Source: the human T2T-CHM13v2.0 reference genome, Homo sapiens. From it: a stretch of DNA of 64,000 nt. Both the position numbers and the translations under genes were made by a program. Below, piece after piece: positions 50,131 through 64,000 of the stretch (positions within the stretch are counted from its first letter, which is position 1; every line of letters starts with the position of its first letter). The notes beneath the pieces were generated by a model, which was not told the origin of the DNA, ran no database searches, and was given only the letters and a program-made list of their open reading frames with translations. The stretch lies in NCBI RefSeq assembly GCF_009914755.1, contig NC_060934.1, one strand, 5' to 3'.

Positions 50131-51243
50131 CACAAAAGGTCAGCTCCTACCCTTGTTAAACCTCTCCTGGTCACCCTTACCCTCACTGGGTAAGGTGACT
50201 TCTGCAGCCTCTTCTCGATTGGGGGGCATGCCTGTGGAACAGAAGTTCTCACACACCTCACTTGTAATGGTGGACTTGTCTTTTTTTCTGTAGACTGTGA
50301 GCTTCTTGAGGGAGTATTTCTATGTTTTGCTTTGAGTCCCAGGTGTTTAACACGATAACTGTCTCTATTTGTTGACTAATTGACTGAAAAAAGTGAAACT
50401 TGATTTTGTGACTTTTTTATGTTCTATATACTACACAAGGACTTACTGTTTTATGTTTTAAGCGCATCTGATTATTTTGGATTGTAAGGTTCTCAAAGTA
50501 CATCGGCCACAACTGTGAGTATTTTCATAACTCAGAAATTATTACAGTATTCTAGTGAGTCCACTGAGTGTGCTCAATACTGATGAGATAGCTGTCTTTT
50601 GTAGGTAGGGAGATATGGGAAAGTTACAGTTAGTTTCAGCTGGTAGCAGGAGAAAAACAGCTTGTTTGGACATAGCCAGCATTTAACAAGGATCTTTAGT
50701 TTTCACTGCAACTATTTGGGAAACTTAGTCAATGGATACTTAAAATAGGAAGTAATTGATTCTCCACTAATTTATTCCAACAGTCAATTATTAATCAACA
50801 AATATTTACTGAACGCCTACAGTGCACCACCGTTGGGCATGAAATGGTGAATCCAGTCCGATGGAGTCTTTTCCCCCATGGTTAAACATTAAGAACGACG
50901 CCGTGTCTCTCTCCAAGATGCCAAGGATACATTTATTTTTATTCTAATTACTTTTAACAAAGTTAAAAAATGAGATTTAGAATTTCTCTAACACTGAGGC
51001 TCAGAAAGATCATCTTGTTTAAGATCACGTCATCCATGATCTTGATGTCTGTTTACGATCACATGATCCGTGAACTTGACGTCATCAGGGCAGCCGTGAG
51101 CGCCGCTCTTCTGGGTGACACTGGCCCATCTTCAGCAGCTCATTAACAAGAAGCAGCCCCACGGAGTGCCTGCCAAACAATCTTAAGATGACTTTATAGT
51201 TTAAAAATGCATTTCAATCATTTTTATTGGCCATTTTGTATAA

Positions 51244-51743
<500 letters not shown>

Positions 51744-51943
51744 TGATGGACAGGATCTCCCTCTCCAGGATGCGCTTGATTGCAGCTCAATAACACCAGA
51801 GACTCTAGCTTGGAGTCCTTGCTGTTTTAAAGGTATCCTAGTTTTCATCATCAGTAGAAAGGAGTACTATATTTTGGCACGGTGAGGATTTTGTACACAA
51901 ACAGTTAAATCACTTATCTAGTCACTATTTCGTTAATATTAGA

Positions 51944-52357
51944 TGTTTTGGTCTATTCTTGCATTGCTATAAAGAAATGCCTGAGACTGAGTAATTTACA
52001 AAGAAAAGAGGTTTAATTGGCTCATGGTTCTGCTGGCAAGTGGCTGCATAGTGTCTTCTATTTCTGGGGTGGCCTCAGGGAGCTTTTACTCATGGCACAA
52101 GGCAAAGTGGGAAGAGGCATGTCACATGGCGGGAGCAGGATGGAGCGAGAGAGAGAGGAAGCAGGTGCCACACACTTTTAAACAACCAGATCTCGTGAGA
52201 ACACACTCACTGGACAGAACCAAGGGGGGATGGTTCTAAACCATTCACGAGAACTTCACCCCCACAATCCAGTCACCTCCCACCAGGCCCTACTTCCAAC
52301 ACTGGGGATTACAATTTGACATGAGATTTGTTGAGGACACAAAGCCAAATGATATCC
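51944..52357 (-). mobile_element. MST (MaLR) solo LTR
   Basis: cattgctataaagaaatgcctgagactgagtaattt...gacatgagatttg; 5-bp TSD TTAGA (51939-51943, 52358-52362). Confidence 0.9.
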
Positions 52358-53874
52358 TTAGAATACACAACATGGTGTTTTCACATGGGAACTGGTGGCA
52401 TTTGGGCAACTTTCTGTAAGTGTTGCTACTTACTGCTCCTCTCAGTCTGCACTCCTGACTCCATCTTGCTGTAGGTACCTAACCTTAACAATACAGAAAG
52501 GAGCCTCCTACCTGGAACTGCATAAAGGAAACAAAAAATAGATGTGTCCAAGCTATGACATGAATTACTGGCACACAACAAATAACCAAATTAAATGACA
52601 CCCTGTTACAGCTCTTATGGCTGGAATCACAAGAAAAGGTCATCAATTCGCTCAAGTCAAAAAAGGGAATGTATTGGTGTTGATAACTACAAAGTCCAGT
52701 AGCAGTCTTAGCATTAAGCAAGGCTGGATTCCAGAGCTTAAATTATCCTCTGGTTCTTGCAAAGATTGACATCAACTACTTTGGGTTACTTGGTCCTTGC
52801 CTTTAGCCAAAGGAGAGAAATAGCTTCCTGAGTAGCTCTGGTTGGTCCAGCTCGGACCTTGCCTTTCCTTCCCTGAGCCAGTCTCTGGAACCAAAGGAAT
52901 AATGCACTCTGACTGGACAGTCTGCATCTGATAGAGACAAAACAAGGCCACCTAGGGAAGAGGCAGTTCCAGACTGGGGAAGATTCTGGGAAAAAAAAAA
53001 GATATCTACAATACTATGTGTATAAACTCACCCACAAAAATCCTAGTAGCACTAACACTGTCTTAATTTCTCCATTAGGAATCAGAAAAACCTTTAATGA
53101 AGAGTGACGGAGAGAATGGCCTGTGATTGGATTGTGAGCCTGTTTCTGCCACCAGGCAGCCCCTCTGCAGGCATCTCCCTCCCACCTGACCCGTGGTCTG
53201 TGCGAGTGCAAGTTAAAAGGGTCATTTCCTTGCCTCAGAGCTGATCTCAGCCTTAGATACTTTCCAGTTTCTCTGCTACCTGTCATTCAGTCTTTTGAAG
53301 TACAGCATTAATTTTAACTGTGATTTCATTGCAAAAACAAATTTGCCAATGGAATGCTATTCGTGTCATTTATTTCCCCAGATCTTCCTATGAGCTCATC
53401 TCTCTCATTCAATTGTCTCTACTCCAATGTCACTTCCTTGGCTGAAGGAAAAATCAGTCCTCATTCCACACACTGCAACCTTGCCTTAGTTGATTTACAG
53501 CACATATCGTATCATAACCTGACCACAACTACCTCTTGCTTAACTGTTTATTTTTTCGCTCTCCTCCCAGAATATATCCTAAGACAAAGAATTGCATATT
53601 GGCATCGTAGTTTCCAATCTAAGCACATGCGCAAGGGAACTCAGGTTAGTTGAGCTAACATTTTCTTCCGCTATAAACTAGTGTTCCTTAAAGAGCAATT
53701 TTTTAGAATACTGGTTTCCTTGATCAAAATATGTTTGGGAAATGGAATATATGCTTCATGAGGACAGGCTATCTTTTCATGGTGATATATCTAGTATATA
53801 AAAGTGTATCTTAGTACACAGTAGGTACTCTCTAAATGTTTGTTGAATGAATGAATCTAGGCAACTTAACCTTA

Positions 53875-54193
<319 letters not shown>

Positions 54194-54897
54194 TAAAGTC
54201 TTGAGATATCAACGAAGAGACTTGCTTAACTTTGTTTAACTCAATCTTCACTCTGCAGTTTTCATGGGAGACACTTAGGCGGCTTTTCTGTAAGATACCG
54301 TCTTGTCTTACTCCATGAAAAGAGGCTAACTTTTATCATGTAAAACGTTACAGTGGAGAAGGTGATTGCAGTAGTACGGTAGTGATAGAGGGTTTTGCTG
54401 GGCAGAGCACAGAGTCCTGTTTTAAAGATATTAGACAGCATAGAACGGTGTGGGGAGGGGCACTGGGGAATTCTTCCTGGACAGCAAACGGCTCTTATAA
54501 AACAACAATTTGATGAGCTCAGTGCAAATGAATCAGAAACATATGGATTCAATTTCCCTTGAAACACATATGGCTTTAACAATTAAACACTACAGCGATT
54601 AGCAGGGAAAAGAATACACAACAGGGATTTGATGGTGGCCATTGGAAAACATGTCTGAGGTCTTTCCTGAGCCCAACCTGGGTCATTCCCATAGGACACA
54701 TGGAATTCTAGCTGCAGGACACGAAACATCCTTTTCCAAATGCAATCTGTTGGGAGCATTAGTAGTAACTTAGCAGTAATTTTCACAGCCGCTCTGTGGA
54801 GGAGAAATGGCTTTTATGTTAAGGAGAATGGGTGGAGTAGAATTACATTTTTGGGGGGTTACAGTTTCTGCCTTTGTTATACTGATAACATGCATAG

Positions 54898-54928
<31 letters not shown>

Positions 54929-56024
54929 GAGTGTTTGTGTATGTTATGGTAATTATCTTCAAGGAACTCAAATCCCTCCAAAGACATTATCTCATTTGTT
55001 TTTATTATGTGTGCCCAAGAGATATATGTGATTATTTCAGCTCCACATTTAGGGAAGGAACCTAAAGAACAGAGAGGTTAAGGGAGTGACCCCAATCACA
55101 CAGCTGGCCCGTGGACTGGCCAGGCAAGAGCAACGTCTCCAGCCTGCAGTCGGCCAGTTCCCACTTCCTCATCTGCCCTGCCTCTAGATTAATAAAGTCA
55201 TGCACAGCATTGCTGTATATTAACTTGAAATTGTGTTTCCTAAGGGGAATTCTGGTTTTTCCAATGATACTGTAGCACTCAGCAACTGGTGAGGAAGATG
55301 CAATTAATTTTTCCCTCATGAATATGATCATTATATAAACTAGCTCAGCAGCCTCCGGGGCCAGATACAAGACACTGAATTATATATCACAAAGCTGTTC
55401 CTTCTATCAAACAGCTCAGGGCCAAAAGGAAAACCCAGAAGGCCACATGATCACGTGTCATCATCCTTACTTAATGGACACAACAGTTTTCTAATCCGCT
55501 CAAATGTGGGGGAAAACCTTGCCCCCTCCTTCTACTTCATTTTAAAAGATGGTAAATGTATTTTTTTTTTAGATCAAAGGGAGTAGCCTATGCGATCTAA
55601 TATTTTGGATCTTTCTATATCTAATTCAACTACCTCAAATATCTTTGGCCCACAAAATGGTCCCCCAGGGTTTATTTAGTATAATAATATTTTAAAGCTG
55701 GAGCAAACTTTATAGGTGATTCATACCAATAGTTTTCAGTCTGGCCAAGCATTAAACCTTTGTGGCACAGCAGGAGCGGGTGGTGGCGATTAAAGAAATC
55801 CCACACCAACAAGAGCTGCCCTGCCTGCCCTGAGGAGGAGCTCAGGCACCTGGCACCTGCTCGCAATTCCAAGGGGCAGCTTATCCAGTAAGCCCCAGCT
55901 GCACCCACTCCAACCCTGCCACCCAGAGATGAAGCAGCCTCACCAAACACACAGGTCATTGCCTTTTCTGTTCCATGGATTTGTTCATTCCAGAAATGCT
56001 GTATTCGTGTGGGTACCCATCTTA

Positions 56025-56383
<359 letters not shown>

Positions 56384-56408
56384 CCCTGGGATTTGTTTTA
56401 ATCAGGTA

Positions 56409-56934
56409 TGATAAGACCTGCACAGACACAGAAATGACTGTTAAGACAGGAAGCATTTAAACTCTCACATCACCCCTGGAAACAGGGGGAGGGCACACCA
56501 CGCAGGGCCATGTGGGGAAGCAGCAGGGCCAGCCAGCAGCCGGGGGGAAGGAGGGAAGAGCCGGGTGGAAGCCTTTACTGGGTGTCACAGGAGGCAAGGT
56601 GAGGGAGCTGCGCACACACCTGGGGCTGGGTAGTTCAAGCCATTTCTGCAGGCTCCGGGGTGCTGGGGTGGTCCCCCCTTGTCAGATACCTGGTCCTAGG
56701 GTGATGGAGGGCAGGAGAATAGTATCACAGACTGCAGGAACCGGATAAAAGGATGAGGGTGGGGCATGGACAGGATTGGTTGGTTTGCATGTCATGGGCG
56801 CACTCATCTGCAAGCCTAGTATCCCTAGAAATTAGCTAACCTCAGGGGGCCATTCCTTCCCAGATTCACAAGGCCCCGAGATGTCAAAGCATCATAAAAT
56901 ACAAAAGATGTTAATAAATAACATGATTAGTACA
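56409..56934 (-). mobile_element. Old ERVL-type solo LTR (MER76/MER77-like)
   Basis: ggattggttggtttgcat...aggccccgagatgtcaaagcatc...catgattagtaca; subfamily from memory. Confidence 0.6.
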
Positions 56935-59009
56935 GTACCTCATTAACCATCAGAGTGCTAAATGAGGATCACAGAAATAAAATAATTAAAAAAGCTTTTA
57001 ACTGCATGTTTTCAGTTTATACATGGTTTTCAGATATAATTTCTCTTTTAGTCTTCCTAGAAAATCTCCATAATAATATCATCATCCCTGGATACGGAAA
57101 CGAAGGCTGAAAGAGAGAAGAGGACGTGGTTTCCTGATAGCAGAGTTCAGGGTGGAAACCGGATCTTTCCACTCCAGATCCAGCTTTCTGCCTGTGACGA
57201 TTCTGGTGGATGTGAGCCTTGGGTGCTGCCTCTGACACCTGCTGTGCACGGCAGCCAGAGACCGCGTCCAGAATGCAGGCAGTTTGTCTCCCACAACGTG
57301 ACAGGTGGTGCCGGCCTAAGCTATGATCCGCTAACAAAATAGGGCTATGAGCCCTCTGCCTTTCAGAGCAGGCGGGGAACATTCCTGCAATGCTATGGGT
57401 TGGGTGTGTGAGTTTTTTCTTGAAGAACGTAATTAGAAAGGGGGGTTCTATGTGTCATGTATAAAATACCGATGGGCCAGCCACAGAGAACGCTGTAGGC
57501 TTTGACAGACAAGACAGGGTGTCTTTACCAGCAAATGGACACCATGCCACATCATCCTTAATGAAATACGTGCACTTTAGTGAGACAAAAATGCATCCGT
57601 AGCTCTGCCTGCCTCCTCACGATCCTTCTCCAGCTATAAGGACATCAAATAAACCATTTAGACAGAGGGCCCTTTAATGAGTTTCTCAGCGGCAGTGAAT
57701 CAAGTCAGAAAGGTAATTCAACCCTCACTCCCAAGGTACAAGGGAAGGCAAGAAAAACTGTTTCTTTAGATTCCATTCTGTCCACAGAACCATTCATCAA
57801 TTTCCTTCGAGAGTCTGAATCAATCCCAGCAGGACCGCTTGCCAAAAAGAACGCTCTGTGGAGACACAAGCCCCAGCTTGTGTTTGCTCTCTGGGTCTCT
57901 TCCCTCCTCTTTCTTCCTCCGGGTGGCAGGAGGGGACCGTGGCAACACAGGAGGCATGACCTACAACAGGCCCCCGAGCTCCTGGGGCCCCTGCATGCCC
58001 TGTCGTAGGTTTCTGAGTACTCATTCTCATGGGCTGCTTGCCCATTAGCTGATGTCACTTAAATAACTGCTTTGCCAGAGCTGGCTTGTGTAGGACTCAT
58101 CTGAGGTCCTTACCAACAGAAGGAATAAGGAATTCACATGGAAAGTTGGCCTCACCCTGCTCTTCCCTCATCAATGGAATAATCTGAAATGTGCAGATTA
58201 CCAATGCTTCCAGAGGCACCGAACTCAATGGTTTGGCTTGGCTTTGTGCTTCAGTCCACACAGATGGCAGGAGCAACTTAGAGGTGGGAGAGATACTTAG
58301 AGAGCAGCGACTCAAATATTTTCATTTGATTGCTTTAAAAAAATGAGGCTTTGAGAGGTGAAGTATTAACCTCTTCCCCACCATTATACCACTGCAGAGA
58401 AAAATCAATTCACCTGAAGTCAGGGCTCTGTCCAAAAGAGGACCCACAGTTTCTGAGTCCCTCACTGGTTTGAGCATGTGTCTTTTACCACATGGAGATT
58501 TTTAGACATTGTGTGCTTTGTAGGGTTTACTCATTTTAATTAAAAAAAAAAACAAAAAACCCTTTCATGTTGTGCAGCTCATCGTCGAAATGCTAGGCAA
58601 CACGCCGAATGTTTTATTACAAACCAGCATTCCCTGCAGAAAAGTCTTATTTTGATTAATCTTCAGCACTTACAGCTCCTTTCTGCCAATCAAAGTTTCC
58701 ATCACGCACAGGGTGCTGTTGTAGAGACCAAGTTGACATGTTGAGGCAGCCCAGAACAACTTTAGAGAGGAGAGGGAGGACTTTTCCTGTCTCTTTTGAT
58801 AAGGGAAATAGTATGTTTTAAAGACACCTTTGTGGAATCCTTCTTCCCTTAGAGTAGATTGAAAGACTCTCACTTTAAAATAGCCACCCCAGTGGAGTAA
58901 AAAAGATGCTGAGTTCTCGTTCTCATGAATATACTGCTGATTAGAAGAACAAGATGTTGACAAACCCAGCCCAGATAGGTCTATAAAGCTTGAAAGAATT
59001 TACTGAATA

Positions 59010-59397
<388 letters not shown>

Positions 59398-60799
59398 TCA
59401 GAAGCCTTTTGAGATTGCTATTAAATCATTTAAAGCAGCTCCTCTTTTCTTGGTAAAACCCTTTCATTTGAAGTGTCTGCTATTACATTATTGGACCTAG
59501 ATTTCATTGCTATAAAAGATCTTTAATTTGGGTACATTTGTAAGCTGTACATATTATTGATTTATATCTCATACTCATTTTTCCAGTGATTATTACCAAA
59601 ATATCATTCCGTGTAAAGCTATTTGCAGTTTTGACAAACCTTGGAAGAATTACGAGCAAACTGTTGAGATGCAATCCTTTGCATCTAGGATAGGCGCTCC
59701 ACCGGTTACCAAGGTTCTTCTTCTAGCATTGAAATTAGTGTGTACACAGTGGTCTCCCCAGGTGGGCTTCTCTAAGGTTCTCAGCACTTATCCTGCTCTT
59801 GAAGTTAGCAGTTGTTTGATTGTCCAAGTAGTAAAAATGCATATTGATACTGAAGCTGGTTTGTGTTCCTGCTCTCTTTTCTTCTAAAATTATAGGTTAC
59901 AATGTTAGACTTTGTCCCTTCTCTTTTTTTCTTATTTCTTCATTCATTCAACAAACAATCACTGAGCACCTTCTTTGTGCCAAACACCAATCTCGACTCC
60001 AGGGATACTGCACTGAACCATCCAGATCTCAGCTGTGAATTGCTGTCAGGAACATTGTGCTTTGAGAATGAATTCATTACATTACTAGCAGAGTTCATCA
60101 CCACACGCATCACTACAGCAGAGCTTAATTATCATTAATGTGATATTAACATTTGTGTATTTATTCATTACACACACAATTGGCAATATTATCTTTCCTA
60201 GATAAAATACTTTAACAAGTCCAATTACTAAGCTGCTGAAAGGACATACATAAATGTTTGTAAATAAATAGAGGTTTGGAAGATACAAGATGATTGTGAC
60301 AAATGTCTGTCCCTGAAAGATGATAATCATTGAAAAGCATTACATTTATTTTGAGGAAACTGGTTTTTTTCTCAACAGAAAAAAACATATTTGTAGCAGC
60401 TGGAATAAGAGGTAGGCATAGTATGAGAATAATACCTAATTCCATAGCAAGTCCGTTTTATTTCTTATGATTTGCTGTTCCATTGTGATTACAGTTTGTT
60501 GACTAGTGGCCCCTTCAACCTTTTTATGATTTGTTCTTACAACCAATCATTCTTCTCTTTCTTCTACAGTGTTGATTCCTCTTCCTCATGATAGCATCTC
60601 ATTTTGATCTAGTTATCTGTTTGAGCTTTGCTCTACTATTTTCTTAGCATTTTCTCTTAACATTTCTTTGTTCTTACATCAGCTGTTTTGCATACATCTT
60701 AAATGTGGTTAGGTAAATAAATGCACAGAGACCTGTCAGTTTTTTGCCAACAGCCAGGCACCTGTTCATGTCAGCAATTGTCAACTAATGTACTGTATT

Positions 60800-61087
60800 T
60801 TTTGTTTTTTGAGACAGGTTCTTGCTTTGTTGCTGGAATGCAGTGGCGTGATCATGGCTCACTGCAGCCTTGACCTCCTGGGCTTAAGCCATCCTCCTGC
60901 CTCAGCCTCCTGAGTAGCTGGGACCACAGATGCCTGCCTGCCACACACGGGCTAAATTTTTATGTTTTGTAGATACAAGATCTCATTATGTTTCCTAGGT
61001 TGGTCCCAAACTCCTGGGCTCAAGTGATCCTCCCGCTTCAACATTCCAAAGTGCTGGGATTACAGGAATGAGCCACTGCATCCAGCC
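60800..61087 (-). mobile_element. AluJ
   Basis: Antisense dimer; TSD actgtattttt / actgtaatttt. Confidence 0.9.
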
Positions 61088-62113
61088 CACTGTAATTTTC
61101 ACATACTCACCAATGCTGGCTCTCATTGATCATATGAAATTATGAAATCACGTGAAAACAATGCCTAGTTCAGTCCAAGGGAAGCAGATACCACTGTTTT
61201 ATAGAAAGAGATAATAGTAAACCTATAATCATGTCCAAGGAAGTGATGTACACAGTATTAGCTAGATGAGTGTTTTCTGTTACAGGTACCATTTCTGGAT
61301 TTGACGGGTATATTAGTCATGCGAAATAGTCTTTGCTCCAGATATAAAGGAAAGAATAGAAGGCAACATGATGCGGTAGAAAATAATGAGCTATGGAAAC
61401 AGATAGGCGTGAATTTAAATTTCTGCTTTACTTCTTCCTACTATTAAGATTGGACCCACTGAGCTTCAATATTTTTACCTGTAATATGAAGATAATGAAA
61501 CAAATGTCACAGAGTATTACATACTAGTTTCTAACTTTTTTCTTCCTTCGAATCAAAAAAGAAACCACATGTGTTTAAAATATGCACCACTCAACATTCT
61601 AAGATGGAAATAGCTTAAAGTACCAAATTTGAGATTGATGTATATTGGGGGATGGAGATTATTAAATTTCCTTGTTCAGATGAAACATAATTAACATAAT
61701 CAGTTTGGAACTTTTTTCATGCCTAATTCACTTTCTAGTCCAAAAATAATGCTGTGCAAATTATTGGCACGTTGTTTCATTTTCATGCCTAATTTAAAAA
61801 AAAAAAATCTTTTCCTTGTGCTCAAATGCCTATTTAGTTCCATTTGGGCCATTTTCTTTGAACTAAATGCAAATGAGGGAGGTTGCATGTATTTCATAAT
61901 CTCCCTTTAATCAAGATCACTATGAAGCATCAGCCCCCTGGGTGACGGGTGACATAAATCATATTAACTTAATTCTGTGTGTTTCATTAAAGGATTTAGT
62001 ATTTTTATGAACCAGAATATCTGGGTCACTGCCATAGAAGCTTCAATCAAGCTGCAGATCTTATGGAGTCAATGATGTGTTGCTTATTTGATGAGATGAA
62101 GATGAAGTGCCTA

Positions 62114-62458
<345 letters not shown>

Positions 62459-63310
62459 AGTTCACGAGTTTAGAAGAGACAGTTGGGTCCTGGCCTCAGG
62501 AAACAAAGAAGAAATCCAGATCTTATACAATGTGCTGGACATAAAAGTATAACAATTTTTGATTCTCTTCCCCTTCACCATTGAAATCTATGGTTTCTCT
62601 ATATGACTGTTTTCTCAACAATCCAAAAAGGCAAGGTTGGCAGCATGCAATCTGCTGAAGAATCCTGCCTAAATACCCTTTTCCACTTCACACTATCTAC
62701 CGTGGAGTCGTTTTGTCTCTATTTTATTCCTGAATGAATAAACTATGACATCCCAAACCTGATCATTTGTCTATACTTCCAGTCAACCACTTCTGCACAA
62801 TATCTAAATATTTATGTTTCTTTGTCAAATGACAGGACCAAGAATGTTTCTGTAATATTCATGAGAACAAAGGAGTTGTCAAGAGAAGAATCTTTGCTTC
62901 CTGAAGAATGGACATGAAAAAAGCTGGGAAGAAAGATTGGGCCCACAGTTTACAAAGGTTTCAAACATCTAGGTGATTATCCTCGTATGATAGGAGCTTT
63001 TGACTGGATTGTATGCAGTTAAAATTGACTGCCCAGCATCACATAAATGTAGTGTTAGAAGGATTTCATAAATTAGGAAATCTGGAAGCATCTGGGAGAG
63101 TGGATGGTTCACCTTGGGTGGCAAGAATGGCAGGTATAAGGTTTTCACTGGAAAGTAAGCCTATTACATATACTATTTCCTTTTCTGAAAATCTCCAGGG
63201 TCGCTGCTGGACACAGAACTTGGGAATGGGAAGAAACTTCCAGAGCTCTGTCCTCTCGCAGATGATCAGAATATAGGTACACACAGTGTACAGTTTCTCA
63301 GGGTTGTTGG

Positions 63311-63419
63311 TGATACCAGCCCAATTTCCCTATAGAACTGATGTTTGTGGGTTTTTTGAATAAACACAGAAATTCACCCCCTTAAAATTAAAGGTTGAAA
63401 CTTACATTTGTCTTCTCTG

Positions 63420-63457
<38 letters not shown>

Positions 63458-64000
63458 GAAGTCTCACTCTGTCACTCAGGCTGAAGTGCAGTGGTGTGAT
63501 CTCTGTTCACTACAACCTCCGCCTCCAGGGTTCAAGTGATTCTCATGCCTCAGCCTCCCAAGTAGCTAGGATTACAGGCATGTGCCACCACACCCTGCTA
63601 GTTTTTGCATTTTTAGTAGGGATGGGGTTTCATCATGTTGGCCAGGCTGGTCTCAAACTCCTGACCTCAGGATATCCACCTGCCTCAGCCTCCCAAAGTG
63701 CTGGGATTACAGGTGTGAGCCACCAAGCCTGGCCCTTATCTGAGTTCTTTCAGGCCTCCCAGATAGTATCAAGGAACTGAAACTTACCAAATAACCACAT
63801 CCAGACAATGAGTTGCCAGATCCCTCATCCACCATGACTGCCTAATTGACCACCTGCTTCCTGCTGGCCAACTCCTCCTCCTTATCCTCCCTAATCTCTG
63901 TATTCCCACACATAGCTACATTCCTTCCTCGCTAGATAAACCCAAGTTTTGATTGGTTGGGAAGATGGATTTGAAACTCATCTCCTATCTCCTTAGTGAT
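63311..64000 (+). mobile_element. ERV1 LTR (LTR26-like), runs off the window, interrupted by an Alu
   Basis: TGATACCAGCCCAATT...tagaactgatgttt...caggcctcccagatagtatcaaggaactgaaacttacc. Confidence 0.7.
63423..63734 (-). mobile_element. AluS
   Basis: Long poly(T) plus antisense dimer; TSD cttctctgggtt / cttatctgagtt. Confidence 0.95.

Overview
Primate (very probably human) non-coding genomic DNA with no intact host protein-coding gene, RNA gene or CRISPR array visible. The main feature is a full-length, minus-strand, type 2 HERV-K(HML-2) provirus (4399-13862) with two 968-bp LTRs and a GAATGA target-site duplication (TSD). Its gag, pol and env are broken. Its spliced rec ORF (105 aa) is intact, but the major 5' splice donor has been deleted, and pro is fused in frame to pol. 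From memory it resembles the 10p14 provirus (ERVK-16) inside lncRNA LINC00707, whose probable last exons follow it; this is unverified. The rest of the window holds a 2.5-kb AT-rich array of nested palindromes, a twin-primed 5'-inverted L1PA lacking its 3'UTR G-tract, about 18 Alus, several solo LTRs, DNA transposon relics (MER45A, Charlie1, MER85, Tigger), old L1/L2/MIR pieces and two small local duplications. Repeat subfamily names and comparisons to consensus come from recalled sequences and were aligned by eye. I found no evidence for a new biological system, only locus-specific oddities.
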